A DNA stretch of 39,260 nucleotides from Theionarchaea archaeon (lineage in GTDB: Archaea; Methanobacteriota_B; Thermococci; Methanofastidiosales; SZ-28-30), in the NCBI GenBank assembly GCA_018992685.1, contig JACVGT010000042.1, positions 1-39,260 of the forward strand. Direction: 5' to 3'. The position numbers and the translations under genes were made by a program. Below are positions 27,801-37,700 of the stretch, one piece after another. The notes under the pieces are model-generated. The model was not told the DNA's origin and did no database searches. It saw nothing but the letters and a program-made list of their open reading frames with translations. Within the stretch, counting starts at the first letter, position 1, and the number at the start of each line of letters is the position of its first letter.

Positions 27801-30800
27801 CAAAGAAGGTCCCGCATCGCAGGCAGGGGGAGTCATACGTTATGAAATTACTGTGGCCAACAGAGGGTCTGGGCCCTATGCAGATGCTTTCAACCTGGTA
27901 ATCATTGATAAACTACCTCAATATGCATCAGGACCTGTGAACATTCAATCCACTAACCCGTTGGTAACCTGGACCACACATGATTCTGATGGGGATTTTG
28001 TGGATGATGTCATTGTGTGGAAGGTCGATCAGCTCCCCGCGGGGTCAGACTTTGAACTGACCTTTGAAATAACCATTGAAACCACGCAAATCCCCTACAA
28101 CTGCTACATGATCAAAGTGTTTACCTATGATCTGTACAAACAGGAGGAGGATCGATATCTGGGAATGGGAGGTATTTCTCGGGTTGCTGAGTATAAAATC
28201 TCTCCCACTGACATGACTGAAGTAATAAAAGATTCGGTATTCACCCAGGTTATGAAAGGAGCAGAAAAGCTTGAAAACTACTTGATAAAGGTCTTTGAAA
28301 GCAGGATCTACGACAAGGAATTTTTCTTTCAGTTTGTAGAGTTCAATGAGAAGGAAAGATCCGCGCGGTTCAAGATGTTTGAGCGTGTGGGATCTGATCT
28401 GGACATGAACGTGTACTGGGGAGTCCTGGAACAATCAACCATGGAAACTGGCTCCTCTCAGATCTACTCTAATGATACCTTCCTGGCTCACGTCTTGCTG
28501 AGGAATGACGGAACTGGAACTATCTCAGACATCTCGTATGAACTGGATGCTCCTGATTTCTCTCCCATGGACATGACGTGGGAGTACAATATTGAGCAAT
28601 ACCTGGATTTAGATATCGGCCCGGATGAGCAAGCTGGACTCCTCTTCCTCATGAAAGCACCCCAGGTGTCTCATGAAACCACCTTCCCGCTCAAGGTGAA
28701 GCTGACATACACAGATGAAAGGGGAACCAGGAGTGAAACGAAGACTGCATACCTCAATGTCTTGGCTCAGAGACGAGCAAACGTCCAGATAAAGAAAACC
28801 ATTCTTGAAGGGAAGTCAGTGGTGAAGGAGACAGGAAAAGAAGTAGCTGACCTGCGGGTCGGAGAAGAGCGGACAATTGTAGCTTACATTCAGAATCTAT
28901 CAGAAGATGAGATTGAACAAGTCCACTTCATAGACCAAATACCTCAGGGATTGGAAGTGATTGAAGGATATGCAGAGTGGATGGGCGCTCTCAAGCCTGG
29001 TGAAACAGTAAAGGTCACGTACAAGATTAAAGTAAAACAGATTGGAATTTACCAGTTCAGAGGAAAGACCTTCTATAAAGACGAAAAGGATCACGTGTAC
29101 GAAGGAATAAGCAACATTACTGAGATCAGGGTAATAACGGCTCCCGGGCCCAAATTGAATCGAGAAGTCGACACTACCATTGTATCAAAAGGAGATGTTA
29201 TAACAGTCGTTATCAGAGTGGAAAATGACACGCCCACTACTCTCGAAGAAATTCAGGTTGTAGACATTGTACCGGAAGGATTTCAGGTAGAATCTTTGAA
29301 GACCAAGAATCTAGAAGAAGACAATGGAGCAATTCGGATCTATATTGACAGTCTAAAACCCAACAAATATGTTCTCATAGAATACACCTTACGAGCAGGC
29401 GAAAAGGCCGGAAAATTCACACACAAAGGAGTGAGACTGGCTTATGAAAACGGGGATGGCCTTAAAGAAGAAATATTGACAGACGACCAGGAATTGCTCA
29501 TTCCGGAGACGGAAACACCCAATATTTCCATGGACTACACCCTGAGAAGAAAGATAGACTCAGACGGGGAATATGTCACAACAGTACTCACCTTGTCCAA
29601 TTCAGGAGGAATTGCAGCTAAGGCCATAAAGGTTGTCACACCACTCCTGGAGGGAACAGAGTTTGTGGAAGCTTCCACCAACTATCTGCAGGAGAATGGG
29701 ATAATGAGCTTCATGGTGGATGAAATCGAGGCAGGAGAGCAATTTACTGTCAAGTATACCTTCAAAATTCCTCATTTCAACACGGATCGAACCTATGCTT
29801 TGAATTTTGATGTGGTGTATTCGGACGACTTTGACAGGGAATACTCAGACCAACTGGAAGGGGAGCTTGTGGTTCGGGCTCAAAAGCCACTTATCACGGT
29901 CACTAAGGTGATAGAAAAGAATGCAGTCAAACTGAACTTCTCGGTGAGAGTGGCTGTAAACATAATAAATGAAGGTGAAATTGCAGCTGATACTCAGGTA
30001 AGCGATCCTCTGCCTGACGGCTTGGTTCTCTTGTCAGGCACCAATGCGTGGGAAGGCAGGCTGGAACCAGGAGAATCTGCTCAGATCATGTATGAGGTTC
30101 TGTGCACTCGAGTAGGAACATTTGCACTCCCCCAAGCTGCTGCCATTTACAGCGATAGGTGGCAGATCGACTATGTCGCAGAATCTGACCCTACCAGCCT
30201 CCTCATACGGGGAATACTCATTGAAAAGAGCGCAGATGTTGCCGACCTGAAGACAGGGGAAGTAGTGGTGGTAACAGTGACAGTCACCAACACATATGAC
30301 GAACGAGCAGCCAATATAGTCATAGAGGACATGATTCCTGAAGAACTCACCCTTGTGGAAGGAAATCCCGGATGGAGCATTGGCGTTTTGAACCCCGGTG
30401 AATCTGTTACCTTCACATATTCTCTCAAGCCCACGAAGCCTGGAACCTTTAGTCTGGGACCTGCCAGAGCTACGTTTATTGATGTGTACAATGATAAGCA
30501 TGAGTCTTCTTCAGGTTCAGTGACTATCAATGTAATAGAAATGGTGCCTCCAGAGACCAAACCTCCTACTTCAACTCCCCCCGAAGAGAAAGAGAAAGGG
30601 ATGGGACAGAGGGTCGCGGAATCTTTTGACATCGCCATGATCCTGTTGATAGTGCTTGTTATGTTCATCTCCATGGTAGTGGCATTCCTGTTGATAGAAA
30701 GGCGAAGATCAGAGGAAGAGGAGTACTACGAACTGGAAGAATTACCTGCGCCACCTCGTGAAGCTGTGTATGAGAGAAGAGAAGAAGTGAAGAAGGCTCT

Positions 30801-31422
30801 CCCTACACCAGAGGAACGCGGAGAAGCAGAAGAAGAAATAACGCCGCTGGACGTCTTAAAAAGAAGGCGGGAAAGCCTAGAGGAGAAGCGAGAGAAAGTG
30901 GAAAAGGTGGTCGAAACCAAAGATGTGCATGAGCTCTTGAGAAAAGAAGGGACGAAGGCCAGGAAAATCCCTGAGGAATTTGAGTTTGGTAAAGAACCTG
31001 AGGAATTTGAGTTTGGTAAAGAACCTGAGGAATTTGAGTTTGGTAAAGAATTCGAGTTTGGTAGAGAAGCTGAAAAACCAAGAGGCAAGGGACAGCTAGC
31101 AGAAGAGCTTGGTCTCGAAGACCTGTTTGTTGAAGAAGAATCCAAGAGCACCGAAGAATCCCCTTCAGAATTTACCGATGTCCGTGACATTCTCCGGATG
31201 CCAAAAGAAAAAGAAGAGCCTTCAACAAAAGAAGAACCCCTCAGATGGAAACCAGAAAAACCAGACAATGCAGAAAAACCACACAATGAATTCCTTGATA
31301 TCCATGAAATTATTAAGGGGCCCAAAAAAGAAAAAGAGGAGAAAAAGTCAACGACACTTGAATCTCCTGAGGAAGACGACGAGGATTTTGATCCTCGAGA
31401 TATTCTAAAAAAGAGAGACTAG
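24871..31422 (+). CDS. 2183-aa single-pass cell-surface protein with Ca-binding repeats, multiple DUF11/Ig-like domains and acidic cytoplasmic tail
   Basis: Signal peptide; EWxDxNxNG repeats; repeated 'K..GE.V.V...V.N...D.IP.GL....G...W.G.L.PGE....Y'; TM IAMILLIVLVMFISMVVAFLLI; E/K-rich tail. Confidence 0.88.
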   Translation: MKKAIPLMLLVLLAAAQVNSQQDTSVPQYLEFDDQILVMRESLRQDRIEMIRSERFEPNEWYADVYGPAPPYYFFQAPLGSVMQDPSATYYGRQIILGPNSLYMIIVYDFEHDSIIEAGEWKDINGNFIAEAEEWFDENMNNVRDFGEWTDSNGNGIVNLGELTDVNGNGVFDIGEWHEGKNTDGDPTNNLPGEFNGAVDPNEWIGMNLDRSITKKLALKIYKRVYTAAVPIWKEMDYKEYVYPTYPERVIQHPALRSMTSLTDNQKLVLLLRLEDCERCEVVGDVAWYEDEFARIVFNFQGFVRETLHTTLPRCEGCYQATVSHYARLQIYVHEKFDLLYEDFYLHSVEPRGLPDNADGTTGYYYSPRDEMYRADRYERRIRSLVSFDPYYLIIRDNNEMVLYETIYGKALIVPYDAKEEEYGSHIYERKYPDGTEKDIRIEVIHVYQIETPSCEQVLVARLLIDEDTEAYNTSSIDPDEKVFTVFYYACDNHFENNVIFPEEYDRGLSDFGIIVEKIELEEEKVWLKFVREVESERIPNPAGFLFGSQDYQIVFDELDRDNPLGMCDYYDKQEENIPRFEKILVDVSLPYRFLLNNAVLKYEDLKGNPNELASYEEQPWEMTEWNTEVTILQLKKIAYNPNAADYTGLGYDDIPIYNPPLNPAPGLVQVGPDLLPNFQISDEDFSGTCIPGDTITFYIEVYNGSGGPMAVQVQDDIPVGMQMDAAQITQLILSGGVLIEILPADGIGNPGETVVWNIPNLPPGYTLLSYNATVVSDGTVGFGGSIINDGCIAQYFETGIPRIAAAPAVEILVQSAQIIKEPFADLACTIPAPTILPGSRLYYRLTVYDTIVNPVSLYHPQVIEVSDVIPIPTINPQYHVSFPGLTPQPIVGNVVLWQGVNVLGSGGSMTGIYSVFVPVGSAGNILNDASVTYVVPFPLPGVTTVTTVSNLAETWIVTQLSQITEPLEPCLSMNISKEGPASQAGGVIRYEITVANRGSGPYADAFNLVIIDKLPQYASGPVNIQSTNPLVTWTTHDSDGDFVDDVIVWKVDQLPAGSDFELTFEITIETTQIPYNCYMIKVFTYDLYKQEEDRYLGMGGISRVAEYKISPTDMTEVIKDSVFTQVMKGAEKLENYLIKVFESRIYDKEFFFQFVEFNEKERSARFKMFERVGSDLDMNVYWGVLEQSTMETGSSQIYSNDTFLAHVLLRNDGTGTISDISYELDAPDFSPMDMTWEYNIEQYLDLDIGPDEQAGLLFLMKAPQVSHETTFPLKVKLTYTDERGTRSETKTAYLNVLAQRRANVQIKKTILEGKSVVKETGKEVADLRVGEERTIVAYIQNLSEDEIEQVHFIDQIPQGLEVIEGYAEWMGALKPGETVKVTYKIKVKQIGIYQFRGKTFYKDEKDHVYEGISNITEIRVITAPGPKLNREVDTTIVSKGDVITVVIRVENDTPTTLEEIQVVDIVPEGFQVESLKTKNLEEDNGAIRIYIDSLKPNKYVLIEYTLRAGEKAGKFTHKGVRLAYENGDGLKEEILTDDQELLIPETETPNISMDYTLRRKIDSDGEYVTTVLTLSNSGGIAAKAIKVVTPLLEGTEFVEASTNYLQENGIMSFMVDEIEAGEQFTVKYTFKIPHFNTDRTYALNFDVVYSDDFDREYSDQLEGELVVRAQKPLITVTKVIEKNAVKLNFSVRVAVNIINEGEIAADTQVSDPLPDGLVLLSGTNAWEGRLEPGESAQIMYEVLCTRVGTFALPQAAAIYSDRWQIDYVAESDPTSLLIRGILIEKSADVADLKTGEVVVVTVTVTNTYDERAANIVIEDMIPEELTLVEGNPGWSIGVLNPGESVTFTYSLKPTKPGTFSLGPARATFIDVYNDKHESSSGSVTINVIEMVPPETKPPTSTPPEEKEKGMGQRVAESFDIAMILLIVLVMFISMVVAFLLIERRRSEEEEYYELEELPAPPREAVYERREEVKKALPTPEERGEAEEEITPLDVLKRRRESLEEKREKVEKVVETKDVHELLRKEGTKARKIPEEFEFGKEPEEFEFGKEPEEFEFGKEFEFGREAEKPRGKGQLAEELGLEDLFVEEESKSTEESPSEFTDVRDILRMPKEKEEPSTKEEPLRWKPEKPDNAEKPHNEFLDIHEIIKGPKKEKEEKKSTTLESPEEDDEDFDPRDILKKRD
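30970..31068 (+). repeat. In-frame 27-bp tandem repeat, three exact copies plus one partial
   Basis: CCTGAGGAATTTGAGTTTGGTAAAGAA at 30970, 30997 and 31024, then TTCGAGTTTGGTAGAGAA; encodes PEEFEFGKE. Confidence 0.95.
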
Positions 31423-31584
31423 CCCTCTCACCTATTTATCTGGGAAGACGTGCCCCCTGTTGACCTTACCATCTAATCCCCGCAATTGCGAATTTCAGAG
31501 TGGTTCCGGAAGTTCTGCGCGATGCACAAGGTGTATCAAGGCGAAAAAGGAAACCTTTTTATTACCTAAGTACAGGCTCTCTAT

Positions 31585-32331
31585 ATGCAGTATTTCAAGA
31601 CAGGAATCAAGGGGTTCGATATCATCATGGACAAAGGTCTGCCGGATAGAACCACAATAATTCTTCATGGACCCCCTGGTACTGGAATCCGAGTTTTCGG
31701 CCAGCAGTTCATCCATTCAGGACTTCAACTGGGAGCGCAATGTATCTATTTCACTTCAGAAAGGTCAAGCACCGAAATCATGGATGACATGAAGTTCTAT
31801 GATTGGGATGTTGACCAATTTGTCGGAAAGAAGCAGCTCACCTTTATTGACGCTTATACCACCAGGTACGAGAAAAGTTATTCTCAGGATCTGGACATCT
31901 TCAAGGAGCTGGTATGGGATGTGGGTGCTTCCAATCAATTGCGCCTGGCATTAGGTAAACACCTGGAGCAGATGGCTGGCCAGAAGGGGACTGAGATACG
32001 CTGCATGATTGATTCTCTGTCGTCACTATTTCGAACAGAAAACCCTGAGGACGTCATCGATCTGTTCGAGATCATTCAGATGGATGCAAAGAAATACGGA
32101 GGAATATATCTATTCATCCTGGATAAGGGAGTTCATGATGAGCGGCTGGTGAACACCCTGCTGTATCTGGCGGATGGGATCTTCGATTTCTCTACCCGGG
32201 ATCGAGGTTCAGAACTTGAGCATGTGATGCGGGTTCAGAAACTGAAAAACATGATATTCTCAACTAAGTTGATTCCCTATATCATCAGCCAAGAAGGAGT
32301 GGTGGTGGAGACCACTGAGCGAATCATCTAG
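31585..32331 (+). CDS. KaiC/RAD55-like single-domain ATPase with degenerate Walker A
   Basis: KTGIKGFD, GPPGTGIR (instead of GKT/S), IDAY, IDSLS, LADGIF, VQKLK. Confidence 0.85.
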   Translation: MQYFKTGIKGFDIIMDKGLPDRTTIILHGPPGTGIRVFGQQFIHSGLQLGAQCIYFTSERSSTEIMDDMKFYDWDVDQFVGKKQLTFIDAYTTRYEKSYSQDLDIFKELVWDVGASNQLRLALGKHLEQMAGQKGTEIRCMIDSLSSLFRTENPEDVIDLFEIIQMDAKKYGGIYLFILDKGVHDERLVNTLLYLADGIFDFSTRDRGSELEHVMRVQKLKNMIFSTKLIPYIISQEGVVVETTERII

Positions 32332-32369
32332 TTGCGCACGGAAAAGACGGTGAGGGTCAGCTGGTGCCA

Positions 32370-33437
32370 ATGAAGATCATTATTGTTGGAGGTGGAGTCG
32401 CTGGATGTTATCTCGGGCAGTTGCTCAGGAAAAGAGGACTTTCGCCTCTCCTGCTGGAAGAGCATACCGAGATTGGCAACCCAGTGCAATGTGCGGGACT
32501 GATCGGGAGAGAAACAGTGGACAGTGCCAAAGTACCTTTTCCCCGTCATGTCATTCTGAGACGCATTGATGGAGCCACCTTCTACCTGGGTGGAAACCAC
32601 TTCACCATCGAACGAGACAGTGCAGCATATGTTGTGGACAGAGCTCTACTGGACAAGCACTTCTCTCGCGGATTACCCATTAACTGTAAAGAGAAGGTGA
32701 TCTCTTGTAAACCCGGGACTCCAATCTCAGTGACAACCACAAAGAACCAGTACACCTGCGACATCCTGCTGGGGTGTGATGGACCGTTTTCTGTGGTCCG
32801 AAAAGAAGTAGGATTCTCTCTAACCCCCTCATTCTACCCAGCAGCTCAGTACGTAGTCCAATTGGCGCCTGAGGACGATTTTGTACATCTTCACGTTCAT
32901 CCCCCCTTCTTCTTCTGGCTGATACCTGAGACAGAAGAGACGATGCGTGTCGGATATGCCGGTCCCCAACCTGTCAGCCACCTCAACAAATTCTTAGAGC
33001 GCAAAGAAATCAGAGGAACTATCCTGGGGAGGCAGGCGGGGCTCATCCCGCTGGGTGAGGGTGAAATAGCTAGGAAGAATATTGCCCTCGTTGGTGACGC
33101 AGCCTGTCAAGTCAAGCCCATGACAGGGGGTGGAATATACTACGGCATGAAAGCTTCAGAAATGGCCGTTCAGTCCCTGGAGGATCTTAATGACTATGAG
33201 AAAGCCTGGAAAAGGAATTTCGGAACAGAAATAAGGACTGCTCTAAGAATCAGAGGAATCTATGAGACTATAAGCATGAAAAATCTCACCAGAGCTTTCA
33301 ATATCTTCAAAGATAATACCTCCCTCATTGAGACTATGGCAGATTTTGAGAGACACACATCGATCCTCAAAGAATTCGCCAAAAACCCTGTCATATTCAA
33401 ACTTGTTGGTTCTGCAATCCGGGGGCTGCTGCGGTAA
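32370..33437 (+). CDS. Geranylgeranyl reductase family FAD oxidoreductase
   Basis: IVGGGVAG, IGNPVQCAG, VDRALLD, GCDGPFS, LVGDAACQVKPMTGGGIYYG. Confidence 0.88.
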   Translation: MKIIIVGGGVAGCYLGQLLRKRGLSPLLLEEHTEIGNPVQCAGLIGRETVDSAKVPFPRHVILRRIDGATFYLGGNHFTIERDSAAYVVDRALLDKHFSRGLPINCKEKVISCKPGTPISVTTTKNQYTCDILLGCDGPFSVVRKEVGFSLTPSFYPAAQYVVQLAPEDDFVHLHVHPPFFFWLIPETEETMRVGYAGPQPVSHLNKFLERKEIRGTILGRQAGLIPLGEGEIARKNIALVGDAACQVKPMTGGGIYYGMKASEMAVQSLEDLNDYEKAWKRNFGTEIRTALRIRGIYETISMKNLTRAFNIFKDNTSLIETMADFERHTSILKEFAKNPVIFKLVGSAIRGLLR

Positions 33438-33443
33438 CCACAG

Positions 33444-33595
33444 TCCCATGGCAGTATGCGGTGGATGACCTTGACGCTTTTTTCGTGAAGCGCACGTCAG
33501 GTTTCCTCTGCAACTGTATTATCTGACTCCTACCCCCTCCTTTTGGGCCAGCGTTACAAAGCCTCATCTCTTACGGTCAGGGATGAGGCATGGGA
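33444..33595. other. Structured intergenic element (candidate ncRNA or MITE-like element)
   Basis: Bounded by TCCCATG/CATGGGA; long irregular hairpin 33451-33517 and an 11-bp stem 33561-33589. Confidence 0.4.
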
Positions 33596-33629
33596 AAAAG
33601 CTTTTATACACCAGAAACCATAACACGGC

Positions 33630-34061
33630 ATGCGGAAGTTTTCGGATGAAGAGCTTTTGGAGTTTCATCGAAAAGGGTTAACAGATAGGGAGATCAGTGA
33701 GAAGTTGGGTGTGACTCAGGCCGCAGTCAACTATCGCCGGGAGAAACTGGGTCTGGAAAATAATTACCAGCCAATCACATTTTCCGACCAGCAGCTGCTC
33801 GCCCTGTACAATCAAGGCTTGAATGATAGGGAAATAAGTGAAACCCTTGGCGTGACTCAAGCTGCTGTAAACTACAGAAGAGGGAGACTGGGACTGAAAT
33901 CGAATCACATATCGGAAAGAGTTTTCTCAACCCTGTATGAAGAAGGATTGTCTGCTGAAGAAATCGCTCACCGGTTGGATGCCCCGCTTCCAGCAGTTTT
34001 GCATAAGATGAAGAAATTCGAAATCGTTTCAGAACATGGTGTGGCAGAGGCAGAAGTATAA
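33630..34061 (+). CDS. Protein of three tandem HTH repeats
   Basis: FSDEELLEFHRKGLTDREISEKLGVTQAAVNYRREKLGL, a near-identical second copy, and a degenerate third (LYEEGLSAEEIAHRL). Confidence 0.85.
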   Translation: MRKFSDEELLEFHRKGLTDREISEKLGVTQAAVNYRREKLGLENNYQPITFSDQQLLALYNQGLNDREISETLGVTQAAVNYRRGRLGLKSNHISERVFSTLYEEGLSAEEIAHRLDAPLPAVLHKMKKFEIVSEHGVAEAEV

Positions 34062-34193
34062 TTCAGGGACTCATTGTTCACCCCTTACTGATTTCTAGCT
34101 ACAACTGGTTTGCTTCAAAATCATTAAACATTGACCGAAAGACTTATATAGGATTATTGTTAAAGGTGTCAAAACGAGTAAAGGTGGAAAGCT

Positions 34194-34364
34194 ATGAAAA
34201 ATATCACTTTCAAGAACATACCAGACAATCTGTACTACAAGGTAGTTGAATGGAAGGGAAAGTTGCGCTGTGCTACATGGCAGGATTTCCTCGAGAAGGT
34301 AATTTTCGTCCTGGAAGAATCTGAAGATACCATGGTAGTAGAACAGGCGTCAGAAAGAGCGTAG
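34194..34364 (+). CDS. 56-aa ribbon-helix-helix-like protein (not in ORF track)
   Basis: MKNITFKNIPDNLYYKVVEWKGKLRCATWQDFLEKVIFVLEESEDTMVVEQASERA*; promoter GACCGAAAGACTTATATA and AGGTGG RBS. Confidence 0.78.
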   Translation: MKNITFKNIPDNLYYKVVEWKGKLRCATWQDFLEKVIFVLEESEDTMVVEQASERA

Positions 34365-34523
34365 AACGCTGGGAGGCATTGCCTGCCGCCTTCATACCAC
34401 TGCAACAACTTCTTGTGTGAGCACGAAGCTTTCTTACGAATCCGATCGTAATTTTGGATTTGTCACGCAAATGTCCCTTTATCTTCACAAAGGAAACCTC
34501 ACATGAAGATTTTGATTAAAGTA

Positions 34524-34541
34524 ACTACTATGATAGTAGTA
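34524..34541. promoter_or_regulatory. Operator-like palindrome upstream of the 1379-aa gene promoter
   Basis: ACTACTAT-g-ATAGTAGT, which also reads TACTAT-gata-GTAGTA; TATA at about 34617-34625. Confidence 0.55.
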
Positions 34542-34735
34542 AACAGAAAAACAACGAAAAAGAAATCTTTCTTTTTATCCTCAACAATGACCTTATATGC
34601 CTTCCTTAAGCGAAAAGTATATAAAGGGATAGATGTATAAGAATTAAAACCTTCAATTAGACGAAAGTTCCAAAAGATGGCATGAGAAAAGTTCTCTGAC
34701 CATCTGGGATCAAGTCTGACAAAGGAGGAAAGGAT

Positions 34736-37700
34736 ATGGCAACCACAAAAAGAAAGGTTAACGGTCTTCTCATATGCGTGCTCCTGGCAGGGAGCATGAT
34801 CATACTGAACTCGAGAGAAGTAGCAGCCCAGAGTATTGGAGGTACTGTATACGAAGACTCCAACATGAATGGTGTCTTCGATGCAGGCGAGGGTTTCCTC
34901 ACGGGTGGAACAGTCTTTCTCGATCATCCTGCTGGAATCTCCATCCCCATTGGAGGAGGTGGTGTCTACAATTTGGCCACTTCCATGGGATTTCACTGGG
35001 TAACAGTACGTATCCCGGGTTACAAGGCAGTAACGAAGAACGTCAACGTCACAGGTGCCATGGCCGTAAACTTCGGAATGGTACCCTTTGAGTCCGTAAC
35101 AGGCAGAGCAGTGAAGACAGATGGCACTGGTGTTGTGGGCATGCATGTGGAAGTCTATGATCAAACATTCACGTATGTCATGGAAACCTACACCGATGCT
35201 TTTGGGAATTACTGTATCCATGGGTTGCCTCCAGGCATTTACAACTTGCGTATTCAAAAGGCAGAATACTTCGACCAGTGGAAATTCAATATCACAGTGG
35301 ATGGAACCACTATCAGTGGTGTGCAGTATAACTGGCACACTACATCCAACGTTGATTTCACCAATTTGAGTTACGATCACGGAATGGTTTTCGGAACAGT
35401 GAACAGTGGAGGGAATCCCTTGCCTGGAGCAGTGGTTGAGGTTCCCGGACTAGGGTTGAGTACTACGACGGACGTTTTCGGTAACTACAGTATCCATAAC
35501 ATTCCCGCAGGCTGGTTCTACATTGTGGCCAAGAAACCTGGGTTCCAGACCGGTGTTGAATTGATTTGTGTTACCAATGGAACTACCGGTCCTACAGGCC
35601 CCACCATCTTTAACCTGGTAACTGCAACGGGATTGCCCATAATACAAGGATCAGTCACAGATGGTCAGCAAGCCATTGAAAATGCACTGGTGGAAATACC
35701 CGGTCTCGGATGGTCATACGGAACTGGATTAGAGATTTACACCGACAAGGCGGGGTTCTACATTTTCGCCGACTACGGGGCCAGTAATTCGTACACTGCC
35801 CATCCTCTGACAGCAGGAAAATTCAACATTGTGGTGCGCAATGAAGCAGGAAGCGTTACTGATGAAAGCGATAATCACCACAAAACCAACGCTCGCATTG
35901 TCACAGCTCAAATGGGGCGAGTTACGGTCTCTGACTTCAGGTTAGAGGAGAACTATGGCATCAAATTCGGGCGCGTAATCAACACAGATGGAATTGGAGT
36001 TGAAGGGGCTACTGTCTATGTTCCCTACTCTCCGTATAAGACAGTGACAGACAGCAATGGAGTCTTCGCCATGAAGCTGCCCTCTGAAACCTATTCTGAG
36101 GACTGTGACTCAGCCGTGCTACCCTACCAGACAACTCGAGGATTTGACGAAATGACCTACTGTGGTATGATAGATACGTTCCAGACGAGCTGTACTGGAA
36201 CTCCTCCAGATTGCCATCGAATGCACAAAGCCCGGTATCTCATCAAAGCAGAAAAGGCATCATACACGGTAACGCTGGAATATTATATACCGGTTCCTGG
36301 AGGACCGGGACTTGCCAGTCCTCCTGATCCTTGTGACTTGTGCGAAAACGGCATCATCCTCAATCACAGGACAGGAATTCTCAAAGGACAGGTATATGAT
36401 GCAGGCGGGATGCCTGTCACCAATGGCTTCGTATTTGTGGCCGGACGTGACGTACCGCTGCTGGCCAATGGGTATTTCGAAACCCATGATGTGGCTCCAG
36501 GAATCTACACTGCTGCAGTCATCGATCCTACGAGGACCATTCTGGGAAGGGAGACTGGAATTCATGTCTATCCCGATCAGATTACCTACGAGATTATCAA
36601 TCTCGGTGCTACTCCCACTACTCATTTCATATCAGGATTCATCTACAGCAACAAGGTCATACCTGATGGTGCAGGTAATATGATTCCTGATACCAATGGA
36701 TATACGGCAGGCGCATCTTTTGATCCGGGAGAGGGAATTTATGGAGTTACCGTGGAGACGACTGCCAGCTCCAGTTACAATGCAACGACTGACAGTTATG
36801 GGTTCTACTGCATAACAGGAATTGACACGACAATAGCAGCCACTACTATCGTGGCAGTAAAGACTGGGTACATTACTATTGCCAATCCCTCAGTGACTCC
36901 TTCTTTTGTCCTAGCATTCTTCTCCGGGTTTGCAGGAACTGCAGGTGCCACTGTATCTCCCATGAGCAAGTTCAGAGGAAGTCTATCAGGGAGAGTAACA
37001 AATGAATCAGGAAGAGATGTATCCAGTGCCATAGCTGCGATTTGGGAGCCAGCCATGATTACGGACGAAACCGACACCAATGGATTCTACATCTTTGATG
37101 ATGTTGAATACGGTTCCTATTTGGTGATGGTGTGTGGCGGAGGAGCATGTGGTATTGACTACCAGGTGGCTTTCAGCCAGGGTTCCTATGCACCAGTGAC
37201 TGTCAATGGAAATGTGACCAAGGACATTACCATAGAGAAAATGAAGGGCAGAGTTGAAGGGATAGTGGACGACGGCGCCAATCCCCTTGTTGATGTTGCA
37301 GTAAGAATATCTGGAATGTATTCTGCTTCAACAGACAGTGCAGGGTACTATACGGTGCTGAACGTTCCTTCCGGTACGCATACTGCCTATGCATACGCAT
37401 ACGGATACATCCTGCAGAAGCACAACAACGCAGATCAGAGCATCGGTATTGTCGGAGGACAGATAGCAACTGCAAACTTCTCGTTGGCCGCTGGAATTAT
37501 GAACACCGGATGGGCAGATGGGTTCATAACTCTTGAGCTCACTGATGGGTTCTGCAATATTGTAGCCAGACTCAATCCATCCTTCGATTTTGCCTTGACT
37601 GATAGTGAAGGGTACTACCTGATCACCAATATCAACAGCGGAACCCAGTACTACGTACATGGTGAACTCGCTAACTACGAAGTCTCAGCTGCGGGTCCCT

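Noticed and set aside
30970-31068. 27-bp repeats as a CRISPR array
   Set aside because: No spacers, in frame within a CDS, and no cas genes.
34499-35380. 293-aa minus-strand ORF
   Set aside because: Antisense shadow of the 1379-aa gene that also runs through its promoter; no recognisable motifs.
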